Below are positions 1 through 12,808 of a DNA stretch of 64,000 bases, piece after piece. Both the position numbers and the translations under genes were made by a program. The notes below the pieces were generated by a model. It did not search any database. It worked only from the letters and a program-made list of their open reading frames with translations, and was not told the origin of the DNA. Position 1 is the first letter of the stretch, and every line of letters begins with the position of its first letter. Source of the stretch: Felis catus (lineage: Eukaryota); NCBI RefSeq assembly GCF_018350175.1, contig NC_058368.1:164860001-164924000 (forward strand), given 5' to 3'.

Positions 1-1876
1 ATCAACTATCCAAAGAAGTCTTACATCCACTGAAGTTTGAGAATAGGGACTTGCACTGAATCTAAGTATTCTGGGAGGAAACAAATGCAGTAAAAAAGCT
101 AGCTGGGTGCATGGGTGGGATGGGGCAGAAAGAATAGTTGTTCCTCCTGGGCTTGTTTCCAAATTGATGGCATTTTAGACCATGAGAGAGCCAGAGAAAA
201 TGTGCAGGAGAAGGAGGTGTTCTTTTTTATGCTTGCTACAGCCTCCATCTGATTTTCTCGCATGACTGCCAATAGTAAAGTAGAACAGCTGAGTTGACAC
301 TATAACAGAAGCATGGACTTGAAACAACAGTTCGTTAATTCCCCCAACAGTAATAATGATAGTTTATTTTTAGTTATCATTATTACTTTATTACTCCCTT
401 CTTTTTCTGCCAACTTTTTTTTCTCCTCTGTTTTCACATTATAGTAACTTTTCAAATATGTACATGTAGGGGAGGGAGAAAGGAAGATAAAAGAAGATAC
501 ATTTAATAAACAAGACTCAATCCAAATGCATGCCTTCATGTATCATTGTGTACTTTCAAGCTTCACTTCTGTGCATTTAATTTGTGTGCTAAGGATGTAA
601 TCCTGTATTCATAAACAAATACAAGAACAATTTGCTCTATTTCCATAGACTTGATCTAAATTAATTGGATTAAATTAAGTCAATTAATTTAATAAGCCCT
701 ATTGTTCTGACCAAAACCCAAGACCTTTTATTTAAATCATCTATAGTGGCCTTAAACCTACCCTTCAAAATGAACCTTTTTCTTTTTGAAGCCTGGATGC
801 CAGCCATGGATGCAATATAACTTAATGCCAAGAGAGATCGTTTAAGTGCGGTTATTAAGGAGACTATGATTGATGGAGTTTGTAGCTGGTAATGTGATTC
901 CCCTTTGGCTGCTCAGTGAACATCGGCAACAGATCAATATCTCATCTGCATGAGATTACAGCCAGTTTTGACAATAGCAGTGAGAAGAGGTTAAAAAAAA
1001 AAAGAGCAACATATTTGGCTGAGAATCATGATAGCTATTCTAGTTTAAAAGGTAATGCAAATAAATAACTCCTTTCTTAGAGGAAAAAAAATGATCTGGT
1101 AGGAATTTTTGTTATTGTTTTACTTTTTGTTCAGCGTTGATCAGATTGATTTTTTTTTTACCCCTCTCTTGTTCATTTTTTTTTTCTGTTTTAAACAAGG
1201 TAGATCTTTAACATGAGCATGCAGAAAACTGTGTCTACCCACTAAAACACATCACAGCAGGTTTAACAAAAACTAACATTTTTCCATCTAGAATGGTCCA
1301 AAATGTTTGAATCATGTAAAAACCTTGACAACAAATCGACAGCAAATCAAGACCTTAGAAATTCTGTTTTAACTACTTCTTTTACATTAATTGGATGAAT
1401 TATGCTCTGAATCTAAACTTGCATAATTGTCTCTCCTTTCACTGGTACTTTGTTTCTTTTCTCTTTACTCTATGAACCTTCTCATCCTCAACACCATAGA
1501 ATACCCCATCCCATCATCAAGTTGGATTCTAGAGAGACTCATCTATTCCTTGACCCTACTCTGGACCTTTCCTAAATTGCTGGAAAGCAAGACCTTAATA
1601 TTTATTCCCACCTAGCCCATGTCAAGCTGCGCTTCACCTACTGAGTGCTGTCATTTTCTAACGGATGACTCCCTTCAACAGTAGTGAAGTGGGCCTGCAG
1701 GATAATCAAGGGAGCCTGTGCAGTACCAGGTTACGAGACAAAAGGAGGCTGGAGCCGTAAAACCACAGAAAGGCTAGGACCCTTAGGGGTATGTTTCCCA
1801 AGCTCTTGAACTGATTAGTATACAGTGCATTTGTATACAGAAGATTTGCGTACAGTGATTTAAAATCTTTTGTTTA

Positions 1877-2102
1877 GGGGCGCCTGGGTGGCGCAGTCAG
1901 TTAAGCGTCCGACTTCAGCCAGGTCACGATCTCGCGGTCCGTGAGTTCGAGCCCCGCGTCCGGCTCTGGGCTGATGGCTCAGAGCCTGGAGCCTGTTTCC
2001 GATTCTGTGTCTCCCTCTCTCTCTGCCCCTCCCCCGTTCATGCTCTGTCTCTCTCTGTCCCAAAAATAAATAAACGTTGAAAAAATAAAAAATAAAATAA
2101 AA
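1877..2102 (+). mobile_element. Young felid CanSINE (SINEC_Fc-type)
   Basis: GGGGCGCCTGGGTGGCGCAGTC head, B-box GAGTTCGAGCCC, (CT)n, A-rich tail, intact CpGs; perfect TSD taaaatcttttgttta at 1861-1876 and 2103-2118. Confidence 0.97.
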
Positions 2103-2624
2103 TAAAATCTTTTGTTTAAAAAAAATGGAAGATTTGTATTTAGATTAGATTTTTTAAAGTATCACATCTCACACTAATTTCCAAAGGTGGTAAATTATTC
2201 CTCTTTAGGATAATTGTATTGAATGATCTTCCTGTGCTGTAGTATTATCTACCTTTAAAAGGCTGAAATTTTTTTTTTCAGTTTCATTCAATTCTGTGGG
2301 CTATTTTATTTTGATGTCATAAGCTCCTAAAGTCCTGCCAAAACAAGTAGAATTGAAAAGAAGGGATTATGGAGGTGTAAAGCTTAACAGAAGTAAGGTT
2401 CAAAACAAGATTAGAAAATCCATTTCTGGCATAAGATAACTTATTAATATGGAATAATTTTCAGACAGAGCTTTTAAAATAACGGAATGATTTTTAAGTT
2501 AAATTCACATTCAAAAGATGTGATTTTTAAAATTTTCTTTGAAAATTGATTTTATATGTACATATATGTTTACATTACCATATATGGGAATATAGATAGA
2601 TAGATAACTATAGATATCTCTCTA

Positions 2625-2803
2625 TTTTTTTTGATAGCGAGAGAGCAGAACATGGGAAGAGGGAGAGGGAGAGAGTGAATCTTAAGCAGACCCCACGCCG
2701 AGCGTGGAGCCGCTTGCTGGGCTGGATCACATCACTGTGAGTTCATGACTGGAGCTGAAATCAAGAGTCAGATACCTAACCAACTGAGCCACCCAGGTGC
2801 CCC
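2625..2803 (-). mobile_element. Older CanSINE
   Basis: Ends ...ctgagccacccaggtgcccc (reverse-complement head); T-rich tail; partial TSD agatatct. Confidence 0.93.
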
Positions 2804-4131
2804 AGATATCTACATTTATTTTAAAGAGTTACTGATCCAGCACTAAACAGTTCTTGTAAATTGCACTGTGTCCTTTGGAAATCTAATACAGACTAAGATT
2901 TGCAAATTGAAATTTAGGATTGCTTACTAATGTGCCTGTTCTTGAATATTAATGACATTCATATAAAGATGCCTTGCTGAGGAAAAACAAACAGTTGAAC
3001 AAGCTACCTACCATGTGGGGCTGACCAGGTAGTTGTGATAGGCTTTAACAAAAATGATTCAAAATTAAGCATACCTTTCTGTGTATCACTGTTAAGGTTT
3101 TAGTTATTCTTTTCTTCTTTTATTTTAATGGAATGGGGAGGAGGATCATAGTATAATGGGGTCCACATGTATTCTGAAAATTCTCTGTAGAGTAAAATCA
3201 TTTGTAACCTCTAAGGCATCCATCTAAAGCAAGTAAAAATGAGCCACACTTGTCAAGAATTAGAGAACTGAATGTTCTGTTAAAATCATCCTTTCTTAAG
3301 CACCAGAGTTTTGCTTTTAAGAACTTACTTCTATTCTCAGTTCTGAGGATCCTGTTCCACTTTATAATTTAGACTCAGGGAACCTAATGAACAATTTTAT
3401 TGATAGGGCTTTTTCAACTTTGATTCCAGGAGTTTATATTCTTTTATATTTGACTGACCTAATCCTCTGAGCTGACCCTGTAGTATTAAAAGCATATCCC
3501 ATGAGAAATTAAACACCTATCGATTTTAATTCTTTTCTTTAGAAAAAGGCTTCTAAGAAAAACTTATCCTCTCTATTGTGGGGGAAAAAAAGTACTGAAA
3601 CAAAGTTTTTGGCACACATTACAGCAATTGTCTTTTGATTGACCAAATTTTAATGTGGTCCTTCCACGTGTCAAAAGTCAAATTCTTAGCTAGAGGCTAC
3701 CATTTATATATAGTATGATGTACCGTATATATGTATATGTTTGAGAATGAATACATATCTCTAACATATAAGTGTTTCATTGCTGTTCTTATTTTATACT
3801 GATTTCTACTAAAATCTAGCTGAAGGTATGTGACGTATATGGTTCCAAATGACAAGTATTGCATATTATGAGGATTCTTTTCTAAGCTTAATTTTGACAT
3901 AGTGTTTATATGTATACTTTGAGTTACCCTAGTGTTGATTAGTAATTGTGTGATACCTATTTTCTCCATAAATCTTGCAATAAGCTTTGCGCAAAAAGTT
4001 GTGAAAATCAGATTAAGAATGTTTACATTCTGTCCATTCCTTTTGTGTTGCATTTCTTCCTTTTACACTGGATACTTCACTAATTCTGAAAGATATTTTC
4101 ACTAAGAATATTGGCAAACAGTTGAACATTT

Positions 4132-4153
4132 CATTTTTTATTTATTATTTTTG
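4132..4153 (-). mobile_element. Tail-only retroposon insertion (probable extremely 5'-truncated CanSINE)
   Basis: 16-bp direct repeat aaacagttgaacattt (4116-4131, 4154-4169) flanks 22 bp that reads caaaaataataaataaaaaatg on the minus strand. Confidence 0.7.
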
Positions 4154-4329
4154 AAACAGTTGAACATTTTAAATTTCAAGAACTACTGCAAACTTGCATT
4201 GCCTCTTCCTTTATATGTTAATATCACCCATCTTCCCTTATCTGTTACCTATCCCCATCATGCTGGTTCACCTTAAGTCACGAAACTAAGAAAATCTGGC
4301 CCTCTGCTTTCAGAAAACATGTCTATTTT

Positions 4330-4560
4330 GGGTCTCCTGGGTGGCTCAGTCAGTTAAGCATCCAATTTCGGCCCAGATCACGATCTCACAGTTCGTGTTT
4401 GCGAGTTCAAGCCCCTCATCCGGCTTGTACTGACAGTGCAGAGCCTGCTTCAGATCCTCTCTCTCTCTCTCTTTCTCTCTCACTCTCTCTGTCATTTCCC
4501 TGCTAGTGCTCACTCTCTATCAAAAACAAATGAATAAACATTAAAAAAAAAAAAAGAAAA
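4330..4560 (+). mobile_element. CanSINE
   Basis: gggtctcctgggtggctcagtcagttaagc head, (CT)n, poly-A; diverged TSD agaaaacatgtctat / agaaagcagtctat. Confidence 0.95.
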
Positions 4561-4760
4561 GAAAGCAGTCTATACTGTCCTGCACTGTGCATTCATATGA
4601 AAACTACACAAACTACCTAACAAAAAGAATTTTAACCTCAGTGTTTTATTAAAAGCATCCCCTTTCTGACTACCCTCACTTTCCCACAGGATGTGCTGAG
4701 GTTAGTAACTGTGAAGGACCCATCTTTATGAGTTAGTTCTTGGCTTTTGAGGCTCTAGCT

Positions 4761-5549
4761 TAGCACTTCTCAAACCATCTGTAGTGAAGGAACACTTTTT
4801 TTTTTCTCATCTCAGAAAACCAGTATTTTTATAAGATGTAATAAAAATGAATTACTAGGAAAATGTTCGCATACTTAGATGTCACAGAAATGTCACACTG
4901 CTATAAAAATTTCTACATGCTGATGGGGCTCAGGGAAGGCTGCCCCAGAATGTGCCCCTTTGGCATGTGGATTATTTTGAGCTGAAGACAGTGAAGGCCC
5001 CACAGACTCAAGAAGATTGTTTTTGTGTGTTTTTTTCTGTTTTTTTGTTTTTTACTTTCTCTTAACCTTCTAAGAGAATTTAGATAGGAGGCCTATACCA
5101 GGAATGAACTATTACCAGAGATAACGTTTTACATCTGCCTGGTGTGGCAAACATTTGTTTACCAAACATTTGCTTTTCCCATCTTCCTGTGAATTGTCTT
5201 CCCCCCCCACCCCCCCACCCCTGCCCCCTGTGAAGTTCCAGACTGCTGCTATTCCCTTCTCCTTAGCTCAGAATGGCATAGAAACCTCAATTGCCTGACT
5301 TTTGGGGACCTTCATATCTTTGGGGTTATTATACATACAAAATTAATTTTTTTTTTCATATTAATCTGTCCTATATCAATTTAATTGTTAGACCATCCAA
5401 AGAACTTGGAAGGCAAGAAAGGTTTTTCTCCCCTGCAGTGCTCTGTGAAAACCACTCCTTTAAGAAGACTGGTATCTGTTGCAGTGTTTGAGCTCTTGTC
5501 ATGGTTTGGACCACGCACTCTACTGACTGATAAGCTTTTGAGAACCCTG
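4761..5549. mobile_element. Old hAT-Charlie-type non-autonomous DNA transposon (MER5-like termini), split by an LTR
   Basis: Termini tagcacttctcaaa (4761) and tttgagaaccctg (5537-5549) are imperfect inverted repeats typical of MER5/Charlie MITEs. Confidence 0.55.
4921..5437 (+). mobile_element. ERV1-class solo LTR (MER34/MER39-like)
   Basis: TG...CA termini; start tgatggggctcagggaaggctgccccagaatgtgcccctttggcatgtggattattttgagctgaag resembles MER34-group LTRs; imperfect 4-bp TSD atgc/gtgc. Confidence 0.7.
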
Positions 5550-5748
5550 CCCTATGGTTTTCAGATGTGTGAAAGGTGCAGTTTTCACTGCTCTTTCTGT
5601 ATTATACTGATGAGTGAAAAAATAGCAAGCGATGCCTCTTTAGCAGATACAAGGACCTGAGAAGATTATTGCTGTTTTTATGTTTAGTTATCATTTCCTC
5701 GGGGAGTATAATATAGCAAAGATAATGATTATAATAATGATAATAAAA

Positions 5749-5804
5749 ACAGAAGAAGAAGGAAAAGGAGAAAGAGAAGGAGAAAGAAGAGGAACAGGAG
5801 GAGG
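5749..5804 (+). repeat. Purine-rich (GAA/GAG)-type low-complexity tract
   Basis: agaagaagaaggaaaaggagaaagagaaggagaaagaagaggaacaggaggagg. Confidence 0.85.
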
Positions 5805-6136
5805 TCAAGATTGATATTAGTGTTGGCAGTTGCTTTCATTGCTTCTACTCTTGTTATATAACTCTAGGATGGACACCTGCACAGCTAATTAAGGCTGCAG
5901 TGGCACTTTCTCATTCATCCTGTAGAAACCCTTAAAAATCTAAAGAAAACTTCAAAAAAATCTAAATGAATACAACTAGGGCAAATACTGAGACATCAAT
6001 CCATTAGCGATTTTCACAGTATAGTACTGACTCCAAGAATTTAAGATGAAAATCTTGGCAAAGCTCTTTGGCTAATCTTTGATAAAAATATGCTTTAGGG
6101 CATACTTATTACTGTGCACTGTTTTTATTTTTTGTT

Positions 6137-6167
6137 TGTGTGTGTGTGTATGTGTGAGTGTGTGTGT
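6137..6167 (+). repeat. Imperfect (TG)n microsatellite
   Basis: Direct reading. Confidence 0.9.
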
Positions 6168-7039
6168 TTAGTTTGCTTTAGAGTGACAAAGTGTAGTCAT
6201 GACAACCTTGATAAGGTTACTGTCTACAAATTCCTCAAGCTCAACTAAAGTAAATGCAAAACCACTGTCAGAATGATAGGATCTGGCAATCTGTATTCTA
6301 CAAATAAGTAGCATAAAACTATGATGGTCAGGGATGACTGTGAAAAGGAGTTTGGAGCACTTTTAGCCATTTTGAGAAATCACTATCAGTAACTTCTTGG
6401 TCCAATAAAGTTCATCCTCCACCCCCCAGAGGACTGCCATTTTTTTTAAACATGACTTAAATTTGTTTAAGAAAAGGCTAATTTTTCAAAAGAAAAAAAG
6501 AAAAAAGAAAAAAAGAAACACTAATAGAATCCAGTGGAACAGAAAGCCTTCAACCTCTTGCTGTATTTTGAGGGGAGGTGACTTTCACGTTGTAGTCTGT
6601 TGGATTGAATACCAGGAACTTTGAGAAAGCAAAATTAGAGGTTTTATTTCCTGGTTCTTACTAGCTTCATAGGAAGCTGATAGACTGAGGCTATATGCCA
6701 CTTCCTGAAAATTTTCCATAGGTTTTTCTATGTTTAGACTATTATTAGAGTTTTATTAAATTATGATACATTTTCTGACTCTATTAGATCTTCTGTTAAA
6801 TTCCCAGGACAAGGATTATTAGTTGAAAATCTTAGCATTATATGGGTCTTCATTGACTGGTGATCATTGTATCTGATGTAGCATAATTAGTGATACATTA
6901 CTGATGATAACAAATGGTTATATTTTCAAGAAAGTCACCCAAGAAGAATAAAAAAATGATTTTATTGGGGTATTTTTATTTAAGTGTTTTAGTCATCAAT
7001 CACTTCTGGACAATTAAGAGGAAAACTCTCTCTAGAATT

Positions 7040-7255
7040 AGTCGAACCTGAATTTTAATACTATCTTTGCTAGCTCTTTCAATTTAATCTTGGACAACAT
7101 ACTGTGCTCCATGTATCTCAGTTTTCTCATTATAAGTTAGAATAGTAACACTACTTACAACAAATGATTTCAGTGAAGATTAAATGAGATATTCTAACAG
7201 GTGCTCTGCACAGTGCCTAACACATAATAAATGCACAACACATACTAGTTTCATT
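7040..7255 (+). mobile_element. MIR SINE relic
   Basis: ctcagttttctcattataa...gaagattaaatgagata...cacagtgcctaacacataataaatgc match MIR core and 3' end. Confidence 0.8.
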
Positions 7256-7892
7256 AAAGTTCATATTATTAGTATTGGTATATTTACATTTCTGCAGAGA
7301 TTTTTATATCATTAATCTTTATTAGTGGCAAAATTAATATTGCCATCAGATGTGAGTGGGCACACTATTTCTGTAGAAGCCTAAGTGATTTCTTTAGATA
7401 GTATCTTTTCAGAACAAAAGGTAAATTCTTACTCTTTTTTTTTCATGCTTATTGTTGTCAGGTTTTGATCCAAACATAGCTATACTAGTTTTCCTTTTAA
7501 ATGATCATGTTCATAAAGTCTCGAAAACTTCTTGTTATAGAAGACATTCCTTCAAAATGATACTTAGAAATAGTGATCAATTTCTTCTGAAGAGGGTTAT
7601 ATATCACCCCCTCATGATACAATCTAACATTTTCTCCAAGAAACAACTGTTGTGTATAATTAACAATGGTAGCAATTGTGTGATGTTGATCATTTTAAGG
7701 AACACATCTGAGAAACAACTTTAAGAGAAATTGTATGATGAAGTAGCTTTCCTGATTATTTATATACCATAAAACTGGCACATCTTGAGATCAGAGTAAT
7801 TCTTAGTACTCGTAGAAATACAGCAAATTCTAGAAACATCTATTCCTCGATCTTTTGAAGATTGCTAGAATTCATTGTTTTGGCCTGCTTTA

Positions 7893-8225
7893 TGGCTTAG
7901 TAGTTAATAGCAAAGAGTTTAGAGCTAGATTTACTGGTTTATATAATCCAAGATTTACATAATCCCAAATTATGTTTTCCCCAATCCATTCAAATTTATT
8001 GTTCAGGCAGGTGGCTTTCCAGTGTAAGCAGCAATGTTTTTAGCATCATTGAAATCTCTGAACTATTATAAATTAGGTTCAAATCCCAACTTTGCTGCTT
8101 ACTAGCTATCTGAGCTTGAGCAAGTTTACCTTTTCAGGGTTTCTGTTTCCTCATTGATAAAATAATAATAAGAGTTCCTCATAGGCTTGTTTGAGGATCA
8201 AACAAGTCAATACATGCAAAGAGAA
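7893..8225 (+). mobile_element. MIR relic interrupted by an ~130-bp locally duplicated segment
   Basis: MIR-like 5' part tggcttagtagttaatagc...gagctagatttactggtt; resumes at ~8075 with aggttcaaatcccaactttgctgcttactagc...ctgtttcctcatt. Confidence 0.7.
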
Positions 8226-8509
8226 AGCACCATGGAAGCTACTATTACAAGGCATCATGCCATTTGGAATATCTTCAGAGTTGCTAAGCTATGTCCTCAA
8301 CTGCTCTTATACAAAATGTGTTCAAGACAGTTTCTTCCCCTGGCAGAACATGCACCACATATTCTTACAATTAAAAGTAGATGTACATTGCATATTCCTG
8401 GAAATTAAAGCAAGACACTTATTTATTTGCACAAACTAAGAAGAGCAGATATAGAAGCCACGTTACATTTGATCTGATCTGAAGATATTTTATAAATAAT
8501 CTTATTTTA

Positions 8510-8706
8510 AAAAATTTTACTGTTTATTTATTTTTGAAAGAGAGAGAATGAGCTGGAAAGGGGAAGAGAGAGAGGAGGACAGTGGATCCAAAACAGGCTC
8601 TGCACTGACAGCAGCAAGCCCAATGCAGCGCTCAAACTCATGAACCATGAGATTATGAGCTGAGCCAAAGTTGGACGCTCAACTGACTGAGCCACCCAGG
8701 CGCCCC
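8510..8706 (-). mobile_element. CanSINE
   Basis: Ends ...ctgagccacccaggcgcccc; TSD taaataatcttatttta at 8493-8509 and 8707-8723. Confidence 0.96.
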
Positions 8707-9085
8707 TAAATAATCTTATTTTAAACTTTTATGGTCACAGTATTATAGAGAACTTCTTATCCCAAAACACATTAATACTGTAAGTAGAATCTACTCTTTA
8801 ATTTCTGAATCTAAGTTTTACTGCACAAAATTTCACTTGGATAATTATGAGTCAATTTTTCATCAACATGTACTATTAAATAATCCTTTTTGTGAATTAT
8901 ACAGGCAAGGCAATCCAAAATTGTGTATTTTAGAATATCCCCAAATTTCTTGTCCAGGTAGGTGTCTTAGCTCCCCAATTTAAGCAGCAATGCTTTCAGC
9001 ATTGTTGAAATCTCTGAACTTTTACATATGAGGCTATTGAGAAGTATGTTTACAGTTATCAGAGTTTATAAAAAATCTTTAAGTT

Positions 9086-9243
9086 GGGGCTCCTGGTGGC
9101 TCAGTCAGTTGAACATCCAACACTTGATTTGGCTCGGGTCATGATCTCATGGTTCCTGGGATTGAGCCTCTCATCAGACTCTGCTCTGACAGCATTGAGC
9201 CTCCTTGGGATTCTCTTCTTCTCTCTCTGGCCCTCCTTCACTC

Positions 9244-9287
<44 letters not shown>

Positions 9288-9320
9288 CCAAAAAGAAAGA
9301 AATAAACTTCAGAAAAAAAG
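9086..9320 (+). mobile_element. CanSINE with (CT)n tract
   Basis: ggggctcctggtggctcagtcagttgaac head, (CT)n 9252-9282, A-tail. Confidence 0.94.
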
Positions 9321-12300
9321 ATCTTGGCCTTGGGCGAGGCAGGGAAAGGAAGAAATCTTTCTATGGAACAAACGCAGGCAATAAATTGTCAGAGTATACA
9401 AGGTTCCATAATATCATCTTCTATTTTGTTTGCTTCAAAATTAATGAAAGTTTCAGCATACAAATGCTAGGAAACAAATTAAATGATGTCAAATTGCAAT
9501 AAATTTCGGTCTCTTTTGGTCTCTGATAAATGTTAGTGCTTGATAAGATTTTTTTCAGTTTTCTGTCCATAGTTATTGGAAAGACAATTACATTATATGT
9601 TGTAGCTTACCTTTCTTTTTAAGAGTAGCCTTATCCTCATCGTTAAAAGATTTTGATTTTAGACTTCAATAAATAAGTACTTTACATTTTAGTTACTATT
9701 TTTCACTTTGACCAAAGCTATCCTGAACCAATATCTTTTAAGTTTGGTAATATATAAGAAGAATAAAATCAGACTGAACACACATTCACACGCACACACT
9801 GGAAAATACATCTTGATGTGAGAAACCTACTCTGATATCATTTATGCTCTGGACATACAGGGAAATTATTGTGGTCATTTCTGATATGGAAATAGGAATG
9901 AGGTGTTGAGAAGACAATATAAGATAAAATGGTAAGATGTGTATTGTAGCAAAACACTCCAAACATAAATAACTGGATTAATTTCATGTCAAATACACTG
10001 ATGGGAAACAATCATGTTACTTTAGTTTTAGTTGTAAATGTTTAGAGTGTTTGGATTATATGTAACTTTGATTCAGTTTTCCACATTTTCTTTGTCAGAG
10101 CAAATGGAGAAGATATTGTAATTCAGTGCTTATCAGAAATTCAGCACTTTTGGGGTTTGGAATCTTCACATATAATAACTAAAAAAAGTATCATTAATCC
10201 TCTTCTATATGTATTTATGTCCATGCTGGAAACAGAAAAAAAATCAGCTTATAACATCAAAGTACTTCATGATTTTTAGCACATTAAATTTGAAGGAAAC
10301 TGAGTTTTAACAACTGGTTGTCATTTTTGAAATCCCATTGCATAAGCAGCTTTGCCTGGTAACTAATACAATCGTGCATACATTTCATTTCCATTTGCTT
10401 TATATATTCTGGATGAGTCTGGGTAGTAGTCTGTTTTTCTGCATAAAAAGAATGTGCAAGCTATTTGAAGTTTGAATTGTAAATCTTGATGAACAATTGT
10501 AGTGATTTTAAAAAGCGTCTTAGAGAAAAATGTCAGTGAAAACGGGGGAAATGGTAAACAGATTTAAGGACTTAGTAGTAACTCATTAAATGATCTGGGT
10601 TCAATAGAAACATTCTTTTATATCCACAATTGAGCCATGCATCAAATAAGAATATGTAAATGTAAGCAGACTTAAATGAATATTTCAGCTTCTCAAACAT
10701 ATCGTAGTTATAATAAGTGTAAATTCTTTTGAGATTAAAAACAAAAGTAACATAGCATTATATGCCTGCTTCTCAGAAACTAATGTGGAGGAATATTGGG
10801 GCAGGAGGAAAGGAAAAAAAAAATCAAACCAAAGCACAAGATCTGAAAAAAGAGATAGGTGGAGTATATGACTTATATTTCCCAAGCTCCCGAAATTGAT
10901 TTAATAGATGCCTTGGGTATATCAAATAGATTTGAGCAAGAGACAGAAAGAACTAATTTGTGTGATGTGGAAATTCAAAATTATTTTGAGTTTGGCTTCC
11001 ATATTTATAAAATGGAAGCCCTTATCATCAGACTATTGTTAAGTTTTGCACAAGCTAATGTTTAAAGAATGATTACCTTGTTTATTGAGGCACAGTAAAT
11101 ATAAGTATGATATATTGCATTTCTCTTCCCCAGACCATGCCAGAATAGTTGGTTCAAAGTAATAATCATAGAAAGACATCTGTGGCTCTGCCACCAGCAC
11201 CAGTCATTAAAATTGCAAATTCCAAATACTTTTTTTCTTGTTCAGGGGTTTTTCTGAAGTGTTTGAAAACTGATAGTCCTTGGTCAACACTTAAAATGTC
11301 TTTGGGCAGTTCTCTAAAGAGGTGCTACTGATGTCCCTTGTAAGGTTCCTAAATGTTCTTCCACATCCTTACCAGTTCTCATGTCCCTGTCAGTTTTATG
11401 TGCACCCCATACCCAATTCTTTTCATAGTTACTATGAAGTAAGAGGAAAACGTCATCTATCTTCTTCTGAGTAGTTGTGTTCAGCCCACAGAAAAATGCA
11501 TGCTCTAATCTCCTGTTGTTTCTCTGGTAATAAAACTCTTTTATGTGTCTAGCTTGATTAGACCCTCCTCCTCTATTTAAAAACCTGACATAAGTTTCTG
11601 AGAATTGACCAAAGTCGTGAAAATCAGAAGTATATGAAAGTTGAACAATATGGAGTTCTGTAATCAAACTTCTCTCTGCTTCCTCCCCTCCCCCAGTGGT
11701 GTACCTTTAGTGCTGACTTGCATATCCTTTATAGTGATTTTTTTTCCAATTCATGTATGTGGTATGAGAGTTTAAGTGCAGGTGTCTTGGGATGGAGAGT
11801 CCTAATTTAGGGAGCGGCTATTGCTCTCAAGTGCTCGGTCATTATCCCACAGTAATGACTTCCTACCATCCTCAGCAATTAGAATCTCAGCACACCTATA
11901 AATTTTCAAAGCTTTGACCCTTGCTTCAGGATTCCTACTATTTATTAGTCAAATTTTGGAGATAAAACACTAAAATACATATAGCACTAATCTACATGGC
12001 TTAAGGTTTTAAAGTTTCCTTGTGAATGAAGAAAGGTGTACCTTATAATTAATATAAGACTGGAGCATTATGGTTGGATAAAGGAAGGATAAAAAGGAAG
12101 CAAAAGTGAAGGGATCTGACTTAGGTAGGAAGTGAGATATGAGGGATTGATACTCTGAGAGGAAATGGGGGAATCAGGTGGTCTTAGCGGTATTGAGGAA
12201 CAAGTGGTATTGGATTGAGAATGTAAAATGGAAAATTGTGGTTTGATATACAGAATACCATCTGTTTGGATGTCAGCAGTAAGCAAACCTGGGAGAACAA

Positions 12301-12364
12301 AATCAAAGATATTATAAAATACATTATCATAGTTTAGAAATATAAAAAGGAATAAATGGTTGAT

Positions 12365-12571
12365 ATATATTAGGAATGCTTTTGCCTTGAGGTTTCAAAT
12401 ATTTGACTCAGTGGTTTAGAAAGATCTGCTCTCTCTGCCTGTTAGTGGATGGACTCCTGTTTGCAGTTCCAGGAATGGTATTTGTATCCAGAGCAAAAAA
12501 CAAAGTGGTGGGCAGTATTAGCATATTTCGGTTTCTTGTCAGATTTTTCAGAGTCTCCTAGCTCACTTGCA

Positions 12572-12612
<41 letters not shown>

Positions 12613-12808
12613 GTCATTGTTGCTCTTGTTGTTGTTATATTCTATATATGTGTGTTTATTTATTTTTGCCAGATATGTCACAGCCCTTTATCTAGCTGCA
12701 AAGGAATTCTGGAAATTTACCAGTTAGCTTTCCAGTCTCTCCATATTGGTTGGCAAAGAAGGGTTTAGGAATAAATGTTGGGTGATGGAACAGATAATGT
12801 CTGCTATG
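12365..12808 (-). mobile_element. Degraded ERVL-MaLR LTR (MLT1-like) containing a (CA)n
   Basis: ttaggaatgctttt...actcagtggtttag and gctgcaaaggaattctggaaat...ataatgtctgcta motifs. Confidence 0.45.
12573..12609 (+). repeat. (CA)n microsatellite, about 18 units
   Basis: Direct reading. Confidence 0.97.

Noticed and set aside
105..125. G-quadruplex motif gggtgcatgggtgggatgggg
   Set aside because: Isolated, common motif with no supporting context.
1818..1861. Three ~15-bp imperfect repeats (gtatacag...attt)
   Set aside because: Short degenerate tandem repeat with no spacers; not CRISPR-like.
1877..1960. tRNA-like A/B boxes
   Set aside because: Part of the tRNA-derived SINE head, not a tRNA gene; the same applies to all CanSINE copies.
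3697..4053. 118-aa minus-strand ORF
   Set aside because: AT-rich codons, no known motif.
9320..9362. GC-richer segment after a SINE tail (possible 3' transduction)
   Set aside because: No second poly(A) and no convincing TSD.
11314..11667. 117-aa minus-strand ORF with fairly protein-like composition
   Set aside because: Non-ATG start, no recognisable domain or convincing splice boundaries; expected by chance in 64 kb.
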